From an uncultured delta proteobacterium (lineage in GTDB: Bacteria > Desulfobacterota > Binatia > UBA9968), in the NCBI GenBank assembly GCA_963745035.1, contig CAVUVW010000026.1:64001-128000 (forward strand): 64,000 nucleotides of DNA, in the 5' to 3' direction. The first letter of the stretch is position 1; every line of letters starts with the position of its first letter. Of this stretch, positions 18,085 to 28,255 are shown in pieces. A model generated the notes under the pieces. It saw only the letters and a program-made list of their open reading frames with translations, made no database searches and was not told the DNA's origin. A program made the position numbers and the translations under genes.

Positions 18085-18177
18085 GCCTAACCATGCGCTG
18101 CAAGCGAACCCGGCCATCGCGCTCCGGTTGCACCGGACGCCCTCGTGGGCCGGGTCGCTGAGCTTGGGTCGTTAACC
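18085..18177 (+). other. attC site 2
   Basis: GCCTAACCATGCGCTGCAAGCGAACCCGGCC...GGCCGGGTCGCTGAGCTTGGGTCGTTAAC. Confidence 0.9.
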
Positions 18178-18307
18178 TACGATTGAACTGAATTCTCCAT
18201 CAACGCAGTCTCGCGTGAGATCACATTGAAGCGACGGAAATTTGGGTTCCCCTTGACGAATACTGTCAAAGGTATGGGCCGCGGGGACGTCTGATATTCA
18301 GTCAGCG
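18177..18307 (+). repeat. 130-bp non-coding element, copy A (copy B at 32609-32738)
   Basis: Near-identical copies that tolerate 1-nt indels; internal hairpins. Confidence 0.9.
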
Positions 18308-18384
18308 TGCTTCTCAGTTCGATGTCCGCTCGCCCTCTCATAAACGGCTTGCTTGATCGCCGCAGGTCGTCAGGGGGCCACCCA

Positions 18385-19197
18385 TCAGAAGGTTGCATGC
18401 GTGTCCTGCCATCCGAGTCCGTTCCAAAACACTATTTCGAGCAATCGCCTTATTTTCCGACTTGGAAGATTGCGAAAGATCCCATTGTTCGGCCCTACCA
18501 TGCGGTAATCCAAATGAATCCGCCGGTAATCCCATTTGACACGGTCAAGCGGTCGCCATTCGCCGGGGGCCTCCTCGCCGAACAGCCCGCTTGAGCCGCC
18601 TTCAAACCGATGGTCGACGAAAATGCCCTCTCTTGCCGGGTTGGGGCATCGTTGCTCAGTAATAGTGAGTTGTGGGACAATCTTGAATCTCGTGTATCCC
18701 AGCTGATCGAGCAGCTGCAGTTGCGTGAACGTGTCCTTGATCGACGTCGCGCTTGCCTCCACCGAAATATACTTCGGCTTCTTCTCTACGCTGAGCAGAC
18801 CTTCGAGGCATACGGAATCCATTCCCTCGATATCTACTTTCATGTAGTACGGCACACCGAATTTTAGGATGACGTCCTTGATCGTAGTCGCCTCGACCTT
18901 AACCGGATGACTCTTGAATCCTCGCGCATCGTTTCTTTTGACCCACTCGGGGTTTGCTGTCCCCCATATGCTGACTTGCTCGTTGACAAAAAAATCGATG
19001 GTTCCGACGGTATGACTGATTGCCTTGTTGATGATCTGTAATTGGCCAGAGCCGATCGCTGCCGAGAATTTGTGTGCGCACTCCTCGCAGAGTTGGGCAT
19101 TCGCCTCGATTCCGACGACCCGAAATCCTTTTCTGAGATAGAACTCCGTGTCTTCTCCTGTATGCATTCCAACGTCATAGATTAAGTCGTCTCGCAT
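18385..19197 (-). CDS. FkbM-family methyltransferase
   Basis: IYDVGMHTGEDT...VVGIEAN...MKVDIEG. Confidence 0.9.
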   Translation of the reverse strand: MRDDLIYDVGMHTGEDTEFYLRKGFRVVGIEANAQLCEECAHKFSAAIGSGQLQIINKAISHTVGTIDFFVNEQVSIWGTANPEWVKRNDARGFKSHPVKVEATTIKDVILKFGVPYYMKVDIEGMDSVCLEGLLSVEKKPKYISVEASATSIKDTFTQLQLLDQLGYTRFKIVPQLTITEQRCPNPAREGIFVDHRFEGGSSGLFGEEAPGEWRPLDRVKWDYRRIHLDYRMVGPNNGIFRNLPSRKIRRLLEIVFWNGLGWQDTHATF

Positions 19198-19312
19198 CTC
19201 GTAATCTCCAGGGTTATGAATACGCGCCGATCTGTGTCTCGAAAGATCGTCATCGCTTCGGGCACAACGGCGCTTTTCGACTCAACGATGGGTCCGAAAC
19301 CCGTCTGCTCTG

Positions 19313-19489
19313 GTTCTGTGCCAACCAGAGCAGAACAAACACCTCCCATTGTCTAACACCCGGGAGGTGAACATTAAATAATTGGATTTTTTCGTTGATG
19401 TTCCGCTCTGGTTTGGCCCCGACTTGACTCTTAATCAGCGGGTCCGGGGGTGTTCTGGATGCTAGGATTGAACTGAATTCTCCATCAAC
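19313..19489 (+). repeat. att-arm plus tRNA-Lys(CTT) fragment plus GCTAGGATTGAACTG site, copy A (copy B at 33456-33614)
   Basis: TGACTCTTAATCAGCGGGTCCGGGG anticodon-arm fragment; ~170 bp homologous to copy B. Confidence 0.8.
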
Positions 19490-19490
19490 T

Positions 19491-19590
19491 TTGAGTGCGG
19501 TGGTACTGCTTACTGTTGCGGTCGTCGCCGAGGCGCAACAGCCTAAGAAAATCCATCGAATAGGTTATCTATCGCTGATCGACCCAGCTC
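19491..19590 (+). pseudogene. N-terminal fragment of an ABC substrate-binding protein
   Basis: VVLLTVAVVAEAQQPKKIHRIGYLS. Confidence 0.65.
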
Positions 19591-19690
19591 TTGGACAAGC
19601 AGATTGAATGGCAGCAGCAGTATCCGGGACACGATATCTATTTCCCGCAGAGCGCTGCCGCTCAGCTTAAAATCAGCGCTGGTGCAATGG

Positions 19691-19819
19691 AAAGAATCAT
19701 CACGTTTAGAATGCTCGTGGTCCACCGATGTCATTCACTGACGAACACCGAACTGTTCACCAGCGATCAGCAGATGTTCACGAGTGGATAGCCCCCCAAT
19801 TACTATTAAGATTACTAAG
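19691..19819. repeat. ~130-bp dispersed repeat (partner 29701-29840), replication-gene/iteron-like
   Basis: Shared gaatgctcgtggtcc...gaacacc.aactgttcacc.gcgatcagcagatgttca...gccccccaattact.ttaagattactaaga. Confidence 0.8.
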
Positions 19820-19894
19820 AGAATTATTATTTAGATAAATACTAATGGTGTCCGCGACGATTCGTGGTCCACTGAGAACGTTCTGCCTTGGTCG

Positions 19895-20290
19895 TCACGG
19901 CTGGGATTCCGAATACGCTCCAACACGATAGATCGTGATAGCAATACTCAACCCCAATGTTGCCGCCTGTCGGAGCACCGCTTCAGGAAGCTGGAAGGTC
20001 TGAGACTCTGGTTCCGTTCCGCCCTCGAAGGCTAGATCCACCACACGTCGAGTGCATCCCTCCCAGAGTGCCTTCGATTCACCCGTTAGCTTCTCAAGCA
20101 ATGAGCAGTAAAACGATACGGCATCAGCTGCCGTTGTGTCGGTGTCGGCAAGACCTACCGACACACGATAGACGTCGCCAACCCAGTCGTTGAGATGAAT
20201 GATAATGCTGTTGCCGAACTCAGCCGCTAGCGCCGAAAGATTGCGTTCTGAGTCGCATTGCAGGTCCGTGGTGATGTACGAGATAGCCAT
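19895..20290 (-). CDS. Hypothetical protein (DUF4279-like)
   Basis: 131-aa globular ORF ending L..AA.LGLSIAITIY. Confidence 0.6.
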   Translation of the reverse strand: MAISYITTDLQCDSERNLSALAAEFGNSIIIHLNDWVGDVYRVSVGLADTDTTAADAVSFYCSLLEKLTGESKALWEGCTRRVVDLAFEGGTEPESQTFQLPEAVLRQAATLGLSIAITIYRVGAYSESQP

Positions 20291-20293
20291 GCT

Positions 20294-20744
20294 TTAGCTG
20301 CTCCGGTTGAGCGCCGTATCATCGCCCATTTCGGCGATGATTTCCTGAAGCGATTCGGTTTTCCCCGCCTTCTCGAACCCAAACCGCTGAAGATTACCAG
20401 CCAAGCTATTCACCACGCCGCGTTTACACCCGTCCAGCGTGTGCAGCGCCTTCGGATTGTTCCGCGCCTTTGGTTTTGATTCCATCACGCCGTCAATTGC
20501 TCGGTTCACGGCAGCCAACCAAGCCGCGTCACTGGCGATGACCTCGGGGAGCACGCGCATGGCCGTGCTGATCTGAGACTCGCCGCCCTTGTCGGTGATT
20601 AAGCCGTTAAGGAGTTCTTCCCGGATGGACTGCTCTGCTGGTGTGAGGGCGCCGTTTACCCGGCGTTGTGCAACCCCCCGCTGGACCGTGTCTGAAAGCG
20701 TTCTGGTTGCCTGGTGGGCCGGATTTCCCGCATATGCCTGCCAT
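20294..20744 (-). pseudogene. Second TerS-like phage protein, +1 frameshift in a G6 run
   Basis: MAGICGKSGPPGNQNAFRHG.../...DKGGESQISTAMRVL...FGFEK. Confidence 0.65.
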
Positions 20745-21035
20745 GAGCACAGGATAGCGGAGACAGCGCTATTTTGCCTGTGAATAGCGCGATTCGATCT
20801 GTCAGACGAGATTCTATTCGATTCTAGATGGGATTTCTGACCGACAAAGTAATGGCAAAGCCAAGAAATTCCTCTTTGTTCTCTGCTGGTTAGAGGTGCT
20901 ACGAGAATCCATAGTCCTCGTGTCGGGTGGTATTGGTTTCGCTAGTTCGTGCCCATCGATAGGCAGGGGATAGTCGAGCGTCTATGCGCCGAACCTGATT
21001 TGGCGGACTAGCTTCGGCGCGAACTTCCGCTCCAG

Positions 21036-21575
21036 TCAGACCTCCGCAGATACATCTGCACGCTCGTGCACGTCGCGGTCGTATAGGTTTTGTGTCGTGA
21101 AATCTTGAACCCTGTGAATTCCGTTGGGAGTCTGGTATTGAACCATCACCAAATCGGGTGACCACGTAATGGAAAACGTGACGGCCTGTTTTTCATCTAA
21201 GAAGTCACCGATCATGCGCAAAGACAACGAGAAATTGGCAGTACGCGACAGCCTACCTGAAGCGCTGCCGCGTCGGGAACGTCCCTCAGTGTCTAAGCGA
21301 TCAATATCGGAGCTTGTTATAAGAATCCCTTTTAGATCCAAAGCATGTCGCATGGATTGGTCTACACGGCCCCAGAGTTTTTCAGTGATGGCCTTTCGCT
21401 TTCTTGCGAATGCGCTGCGTGTCGGTATTAGAATGTAATCCGCGCTGTTTTTGCGTAATTCGAAGGAATTGAGCCGAAGCGCGTCCAATGCCTGACCAAT
21501 GGCCCTAAGCGATTGTGCATACGAGAGGGTTTCTGCCACCGGGGGATGATTTTTAACGTTCGACTGATTCTGCAT
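21036..21575 (-). CDS. Hypothetical protein, paralog of 6440-6952
   Basis: SLRAIGQALD...FEL...SDIDRLD...LRMIGDFLD...F.ITW. Confidence 0.7.
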   Translation of the reverse strand: MQNQSNVKNHPPVAETLSYAQSLRAIGQALDALRLNSFELRKNSADYILIPTRSAFARKRKAITEKLWGRVDQSMRHALDLKGILITSSDIDRLDTEGRSRRGSASGRLSRTANFSLSLRMIGDFLDEKQAVTFSITWSPDLVMVQYQTPNGIHRVQDFTTQNLYDRDVHERADVSAEV

Positions 21576-23182
21576 TGTGTACTTCCTATAGGAAATCCCC
21601 TCTCGGCATTGAGAAACGCCACTTTTGCCGGGATTAGGTTCGATAAAGAGCGGCGCGCGATTCAAAGTTATTGACGTCGAGACCACTGAGAAGCGGGCGC
21701 TGAGCTGGGGCCCTTGCACCGCTGGAATAATATGAAAAGAGCGCTCTCTCTGCTAGAAAGCAGAAGTTGGAGAACGACATCAGGGAGCTGGACGCGTTAA
21801 TAAGTCTGTACAAGCTACCCACGGGATATCGAAGCTTACAAAATTCAACGTCCCATCTCCGCGAAATTGTCTCCGGATAACATGGGCCATTATAAAAACT
21901 CCGAGAATACGGGTAACGCACTGCCACCCTTCTTGACTATTTCCGGCGCGAATTAGGGAATTGTCATTCCCCTCCATGTGTTTTGTCTTGCAGCTTCTGG
22001 AGATCCTCTAAGCACTGCTCTGGCTCGGCATTTACAACATGCCATTATAGAGACCGATACCTCTCAACAGTCCGAACAATTTAAGTGGCCACAGAGTAAA
22101 CATTTCACTTTAAAAGTGGCCACTCTGGTCGCTTGCTCATTCCTGATCCGGCTCTCTTTGGTTTCATTGTCGTTGAGGTTGAGCGGTCATCGCGGGAGGT
22201 AGACCCGAAATTTACGCCGCCGACTTGAGGGCCGCGCTGTTTCTTTTGCCTCGGGTAGGATTTGGGTTGTAATGAATTCGGGATGTGCTCTCTTAATCTC
22301 TTCTGATAGACCTGCTTTAGCTGTAGCGATTTCTTTGGCTTTTCTAATAACATGGGGTTTCAAATCGGAGGACCTCATCGGAATTTCTCCTCCTAATTGC
22401 TCATGGGTCAGCCAAATACCAGTGGGACCGCTATTTTTCTCTCTAAAAGATTTCATCAAAGCACTCCGCCAACAATGGATCGCCTTTACCGCAAAGATGA
22501 TGCCGCGTAAAGTCGTCATGTCTTGTACGGAAGTAGCTCTAGATGGAAAGCTTTTCTACTATGTCTCGCCAGTCGTGGGGGATATGCTTGGCAAATTGAC
22601 AAAAGCCAGGGCTCGAAGATCGAATTCAATTCTCCCCGGTATGGTAGTAGTGTCTGCTTCTATCGTATTTTGGCCTCCAAAACCCTATGGAGAGGAGAAT
22701 TGAAATGACTAGAACAACGACTGGCCGACACGTCCGCGTACCGGATCATGTGTTAACATCTCGCGAAGTGACTTTAGAAAATTACTTGCCGCCAGCTTGG
22801 ATGATGCACAGCTGATCATGGCAGGTGAGCACATCGATAGGGAGTTTAACGAAGAGATCGACAAGGCACGGCGCGACGAGGGACGCGAACGGGAGAAGAA
22901 AAGCGGACAGACACACCTACTACTGTTCAACTTTCTCACTTGAAAAAAGATTTGAAGTGGTGTTGGGATTTCGTGGTTAGCGCGCGGTCGCTTTTACACC
23001 CGGTGAACAATTTTACCGGTTTGGAGTTCTACTTTCCGAAACTGGCTTCGTTGGTTTTGACAACCTTTGACAGCGGTCAAATCCTAAAGCGCTCGCACGT
23101 TCGTCTGTGGCTTGCGGCATTTTTTTGCGTTATCATCGATGTTGCTCATCGGCATTGTCATTGGCTCGGAAAGGAAGAGGGG

Positions 23183-23763
23183 ATGCCACTGCCATACCAT
23201 ACCTTATTGCCTTGTCGGACATTTCTCGCTCTCCTACTAGTGACGGGTTGCGCACCTGAAATTAGGACTCCAAAGTCGACAGCGCTGAACTGGACGGCAG
23301 AAAACCCACTCGTGTCTACAGGCGTCTCAGAAGGATCGAACGCGGTATCCAGAGTTCTTAGCCCGTCTAGTCTTGAGGCGCTGCGAAGAGGAGAAAGCAC
23401 TTCGACACCGCCATCGAGTCCCCTTACAGACATTTATTTTGCATTTGATCGATACGACCTTCGAGTGGATGCTCGCGAAACTCTCGATGCGAATGCGAAA
23501 TGGCTTAAGGAGAATCCTTCGGTCCGGGTGGAGATCGAGGGACACTGCGATGAGCGTGGTACAAGCGAATACAATTTGGGATTGGCCGCCAAGCGAGCAC
23601 AGGCGGCCAGGGATTACTTAGTATCGGTGGGAATAGTGGGCCTCGATTATCCACAGTAAGTTACGGCGAGGAAACTCCAATGTGCACGGAACACACGGAA
23701 TCCTGCTGGCAGAAAAATCGCCGGGAGCGCTTTGTCATTGCTTCGGCACTTCCGACGCTTTAA
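23183..23763 (+). CDS. pal: Peptidoglycan-associated lipoprotein (OmpA family); frameshift near 23640
   Basis: Lipobox VTGC; IYFAFD...IEGHCDERGTSEYNLGL; continuation VSYGEE.P.C...CWQKNRR. Confidence 0.85.
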
Positions 23764-23768
23764 ATCAC

Positions 23769-24292
23769 CTAATAGATTTCGCCAAAACCTATAGCTGCTT
23801 TTTTGGCGTTGATATAAACGTCTACCTCATAATTGCCAATAGCCCATTTTCCCGGGTCGAAACTTCCAGCGTTGACAACATGGCTAGACGAAGTCCAATC
23901 TGGTCCAATTCGGTTGTCGACTTCTTCAATGCGGACGGTCCTTCCGTTACGGCGAAAATCAAGTCTAATGGGAAAATGGATACTGGTTTTGGTTCGAGGA
24001 TAGTCAAGACTAATGTCGGTATAAACGGTCCTGCCTATCTTCATTGCAAACCTGGTTTCATATTGTCGATGCACAAATGCTACTTTAGATCGTTCACCTT
24101 CGAAAAACTGGACTTTCGTAACACGTGCGTTCACGGATGGACTTAAGGCGATTGGCTCCTCGACAATCATGGCGTCACGCACCGTGGAGCCCGAGCGAGT
24201 TTCCAACGTACGCGTAGCGCTACAGGCCGTGATCGACAGAAAAAAAAGGCAACCAATGGTAGGCCAGGCGATTGTTTTAGGTCGAAGAACAT
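23769..24292 (-). CDS. Lipoprotein with an Ig-like beta domain; homopolymer frameshift at 24240-24247
   Basis: RBS GAGGAGGG; lipobox ITAC; PGKWAIGNYEVDVYIN. Confidence 0.6.
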
Positions 24293-24588
24293 CACTCCCT
24301 CCTCGCTTTAACCCTTAGAACAATCAAAATGCCAAAATGGAAAGGGCTATAAATTGTATTGTTCTACACGGATTGTGTCGTGGCAGACCAACAGTGTTTA
24401 CACAACTGGCCCAATATGACCAAACTTGATACCTGGTGCTGGGTCCCGGCTCGTCACGGATTGAGCCACTGCGAGAGATGTCTGGTACATTTCGCACCTC
24501 GTTCGTGAGAGCTGATATTGTTGTCGGAGCACTCAATTGTTAAACCCGGCACTCTGCCTCTCGTTCTTCCGTTTTTCGAAGATCACGC

Positions 24589-24927
24589 TTAGGTTTTGTA
24601 AAACTCGCCCAATCTCGCAGAGGAGACGCACTTGGAATTTGTGTAAAGGCGTAATAGCAGTGTGAGTTCTCGCGCCGTTTCTACCGGTGCGCTGTGATCC
24701 TCGCCCCTAAGTTCACGTCGTTCCTTGTCCAACTGCTGTATTAACGACGATCGACGATCGTTACACTGCCGGGCAGTTGCGAATGACTCAAGCGGCATCC
24801 ATTTGTTCGTGGCTGGGAGTTCCTCGGTGATGGTGAACTCTGGAGCGATTAGTATCCAACTGGTCCCGAACGAATTTGCTGGTGCGGATAAAAAGGATAC
24901 GAGAAGAAGGGCTATCGAAATTTTCAT
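24589..24927 (-). CDS. Secreted hypothetical protein
   Basis: Signal peptide; W..LESF.T..QC...KCV motif. Confidence 0.65.
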   Translation of the reverse strand: MKISIALLLVSFLSAPANSFGTSWILIAPEFTITEELPATNKWMPLESFATARQCNDRRSSLIQQLDKERRELRGEDHSAPVETARELTLLLRLYTNSKCVSSARLGEFYKT

Positions 24928-25145
24928 AGGCTTGTGATGGTAACGGTTTATGAGCTATCCATCCAAGCTTTATCTTTACCTCGGGCTCTGGTACGGATTT
25001 TGACCGTCGTCGCCGGTCGATGGCTGGAGCTTTCAATGCTTACAAGGTCGGAGCGTTTGGTGTGGCCTATGGCGTTGCCATGGTTTTCGTTGGAGGTGAT
25101 TGTTTGGGCGAAAGACCTTGTAATGGAATACAAAAGCAACACGGC

Positions 25146-25268
25146 TCAGGCTCTAAGCGTTCCTGACAATTGCAACTTTCTGCGTTCCCTGAACTCCGCG
25201 GTACACCATCCGATAACAAATCCTGACATTGCAACTACGATTATTGATGTGATCGTGAAAGCTTCCAT
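25146..25268 (-). CDS. Small single-TM protein, 40 aa
   Basis: RBS AGGGAGGT; MEAFTITSIIVVAMSGFVIGWCTAEFRERRKLQLSGTLRA*. Confidence 0.55.
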   Translation of the reverse strand: MEAFTITSIIVVAMSGFVIGWCTAEFRERRKLQLSGTLRA

Positions 25269-25753
25269 TTGTTACCTCCCTACTTCGCAAAAAAGCCACA
25301 ATGTAAATGGTTGCCGTCCGGTAGACGGAGCCCGACTCAGCAAAGATCGTGCTCGGAGTTTCTGCGGATTACTGCGAGCCTGGGAGGAAGGCACCTAGGA
25401 CGATCTGCCCAGCAGCAGAACAGATTTGACGTGGTGAACTGGCAGACCCGCATGTCTCGCGGTTCTACTTCACTTCGGGAACCCGAGGCAAATGGCACCC
25501 GTTCATCCCTCTCTACACAGGATCCGAACCATGTAACGCGCGGTTAAAGAGTAGTAAGAGCTCGAGCGTTGGCGCCCTGACCAGGGTGAACGCGATCTGC
25601 GCAACGAGGAGCAGCTTCAGCCAACGGGAGTGCCACATCTACTCCGTCGCAAGCGAGTAGAAGGAAGGGTTCTTTCGCTTGCCCGGCAGATTTCGTGCAA
25701 GGCCATTGCGCCCAAATTCAGGCAGGCGGGATCATGTGCGGCGCACGCAGCTG

Positions 25754-25957
25754 CTACAGTTTGCTCGGTGTGATCTCTGGGCAACTCTCGGGAGTTTTTG
25801 GCAACTCACCTATCTTTTTGATTGCTCGCTCTCTACACCGACAGCAAGCAACTGTAGAAGTCGAGATTTCGCGACATTCACGACAACTGCGGTGGCCGCA
25901 TAGTGCGCACGTTACTTCAAAAAGAGGCCACTCGGCATGTTTGATCATTTTTGGCAT
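25754..25957 (-). CDS. Small Cys-rich protein, paralog of 33797-33976
   Basis: EWPLFEVTCALCGHRSCRECREISTSTVACCRC. Confidence 0.7.
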   Translation of the reverse strand: MPKMIKHAEWPLFEVTCALCGHRSCRECREISTSTVACCRCRERAIKKIGELPKTPESCPEITPSKL

Positions 25958-26119
25958 CACCGCTCGATAACCATCAGTTCCCGCGAGCGGATCATCTGAG
26001 AGCAAGCTCGATGCCTCGCATTCATGTCATGTAGCGTGTCGGATTGAAGGTATTTGAACAATGTTGTCTGTGCCTGTTGACGGCACAATGACGTGCGACT
26101 GGCACAATGTTCTGCGCTA

Positions 26120-26500
26120 CCTCTGACGCTAAGGTAGTAGCACTGGGTTACCATCCCCCATACGTCGGGATTCATTTCGCCGGATAATATACGGTCCACA
26201 TTCTTGCCAAGGGCATCAATATCGATGCACAACAACTCGTGCCCGGTCTCCTCTGCACAGAACCGCCGAAAATACCCGGAAAGAAAATACCCGGAAACCG
26301 TTCATCCCTGGTTGCGAGTTGATCTGCCGCAGCCGTCAAATACCTGGGCGTATGCTTTACAAGGTAATAGGTTTCTCGTAGGTACGCCAGATAGTGGAAG
26401 CGGGTGAAATCGCCGGCGGCGAGTCGCGTGAAGATCGGATGAGGATCGAGAGTATTTTCTTTGTACGACCTAAGGTCAGTGAGAAGCTCCGAAATCACGG
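26120..26500 (-). pseudogene. Heme-oxygenase-like/TenA-PqqC iron-redox enzyme fragment
   Basis: YLAYLRETYYLVKHTP.../FCAEETGHE..C.D...LG across frameshifts; short tandem duplication aaatacccggaaa. Confidence 0.65.
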
Positions 26501-26689
26501 CTACCTCATACGTCGAAAAATGAATCCGTGTGGGACAAAGTATACCACCGGTGCTTGATCGCTCTGGGTAGTGCAGGAATTTTTCGTGGCGGAGGCGAGT
26601 TAAGCACAATCGAGAACTTCGGCGAGGATGAGAGCCAAAGTGGAGTGCGGCGGTCGGATTCACACCGTGCTCTCTCACATGGAGATAAA

Positions 26690-26878
26690 ATGATACGTTT
26701 CACGGCGGTAAGCGTGATTCTTCTTTTCACCCCGTGCATCGGTTGCAGCGCGCAGGTCGTGGAGCGCCCGAAGCAACTGGAGGCAAGCCGACCCAAGCAG
26801 GAAGAAGATCGGAAGTCTTCCTCAACGCCTACATTCACGTATCGCCCAGGTGCTGGTCTGATAATCGAGGGGCGCTAA
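26690..26878 (+). CDS. Small lipoprotein
   Basis: RBS GGAGA; signal peptide with IGC lipobox. Confidence 0.55.
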   Translation: MIRFTAVSVILLFTPCIGCSAQVVERPKQLEASRPKQEEDRKSSSTPTFTYRPGAGLIIEGR

Positions 26879-27823
26879 GGAGCCCTGATCGAGCGTTCTG
26901 CTGTAGTTTATCAACTCAGCATGATCGTTGGGCCAGAGTAATTCTCGGATCGCAGCGCCACGGTCTGTGCTCCCCGGCTTTTTCGAGATGGACTCCCGGC
27001 GTGTCGCCTGGTTTCACTTGTGGCGCGTACATTCGGGTCCGGTTTGGCTAATGGTTTAACCCGTTCTTCGATTCACTACAGAGCGGGAATAGAGAAATTT
27101 GAATTTCGGCTTGCCCTCGTAGCGATAAACGGCAGCAGGCGAGCGGTTCTCGTTGAACTCTTTCCTCATTGCCCCTTGCACCTCCATGTTTGAGGAGCGC
27201 TACGGACTCAGTAAATCTCGTAGCGGAGGTGATAATGAAAAATTTCTCTCTGTAGCCGTTCTCCTCGTGACTGCTCCACAAGGAAAGAAGTTGACGGGCC
27301 TCGAATACGGGGAGTGCGGCTTTAGTCTGACTGTGGCGCTCCAACTCGGTACCGGGTTAACTGATGAAGAAAATCTATTTCACGGGGTTAAAGAACTAAT
27401 CTGAAAAATCATCTTGATCCCCACGCGACAACTATGTCAGAAGTTTTTTCCTGTCACGCAGTTTCTTCTCGGCCACGATTTCCAAAGCCGACAAGATTAC
27501 ACCCCAGGCATCAAGCGGCTGCCTTTCATTGCCCTGGTACAGTTGTTGCCTATTTACCGAGTCGACGTTGATGCTACGAACTGACCACCCCAGATGGTCA
27601 CCATGGGTGTCAGGGAGCAAATGGTGAAACCGCCAACGGTCGCGATCGCTTTTTTTGCCTCCCCGCAGCCTGCTGACTCTTTCTCGGTAATCAGTCCGTA
27701 ATCTGCACAACAAGCGACAACATTGGCAAAACTCGGCCGACTCGGTTCGCTGGAGCGATTGAAGGACCGAAACGGCAGAGAGAACATTTGGTTATCGGAG
27801 CGGTGATCGTGAGGCAAAACTCA

Positions 27824-28237
27824 ATGAGAACATTCCTTTTGTCCGGAGTCATTTTCGTCTTTTTGAATGGCTGCGCTGCTCCGTTGGCTCTGACTCTTCT
27901 TGGCGTAGGTGCCGGCGTAACGACGGGTACAGCAGTCTCATACACGATGGACGGGATTGCCTACCGAACCTTTACAGCGCCGCTTCCACAGGTCGAGCGG
28001 GCCACGCTGACAGCGCTAAATGATATGGGAATGGAAGTCGAGAGCGCAGAGAAAACTGACAACGGGAAAGCAATCAAAGCCAAGGGAGTCGACCGTCGGA
28101 TCGAGATAGAATTGCAGGCAATAAGCTCGAAGGCAACCCGAATCCGCACGGTTGCCAAGGACGGGGTGTTTTTCAAGGACCGGGCGACCGCTACGGAAAT
28201 CATTTTACAGACCGAAAGAATTCTTGGCAAAGCGTAA
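27824..28237 (+). CDS. DUF3568-family lipoprotein
   Basis: LNGC lipobox, GVGAGVTTG, ...RATATEII.QT. Confidence 0.8.
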   Translation: MRTFLLSGVIFVFLNGCAAPLALTLLGVGAGVTTGTAVSYTMDGIAYRTFTAPLPQVERATLTALNDMGMEVESAEKTDNGKAIKAKGVDRRIEIELQAISSKATRIRTVAKDGVFFKDRATATEIILQTERILGKA

Positions 28238-28255
28238 CCACAAGGGGGGTTATTT

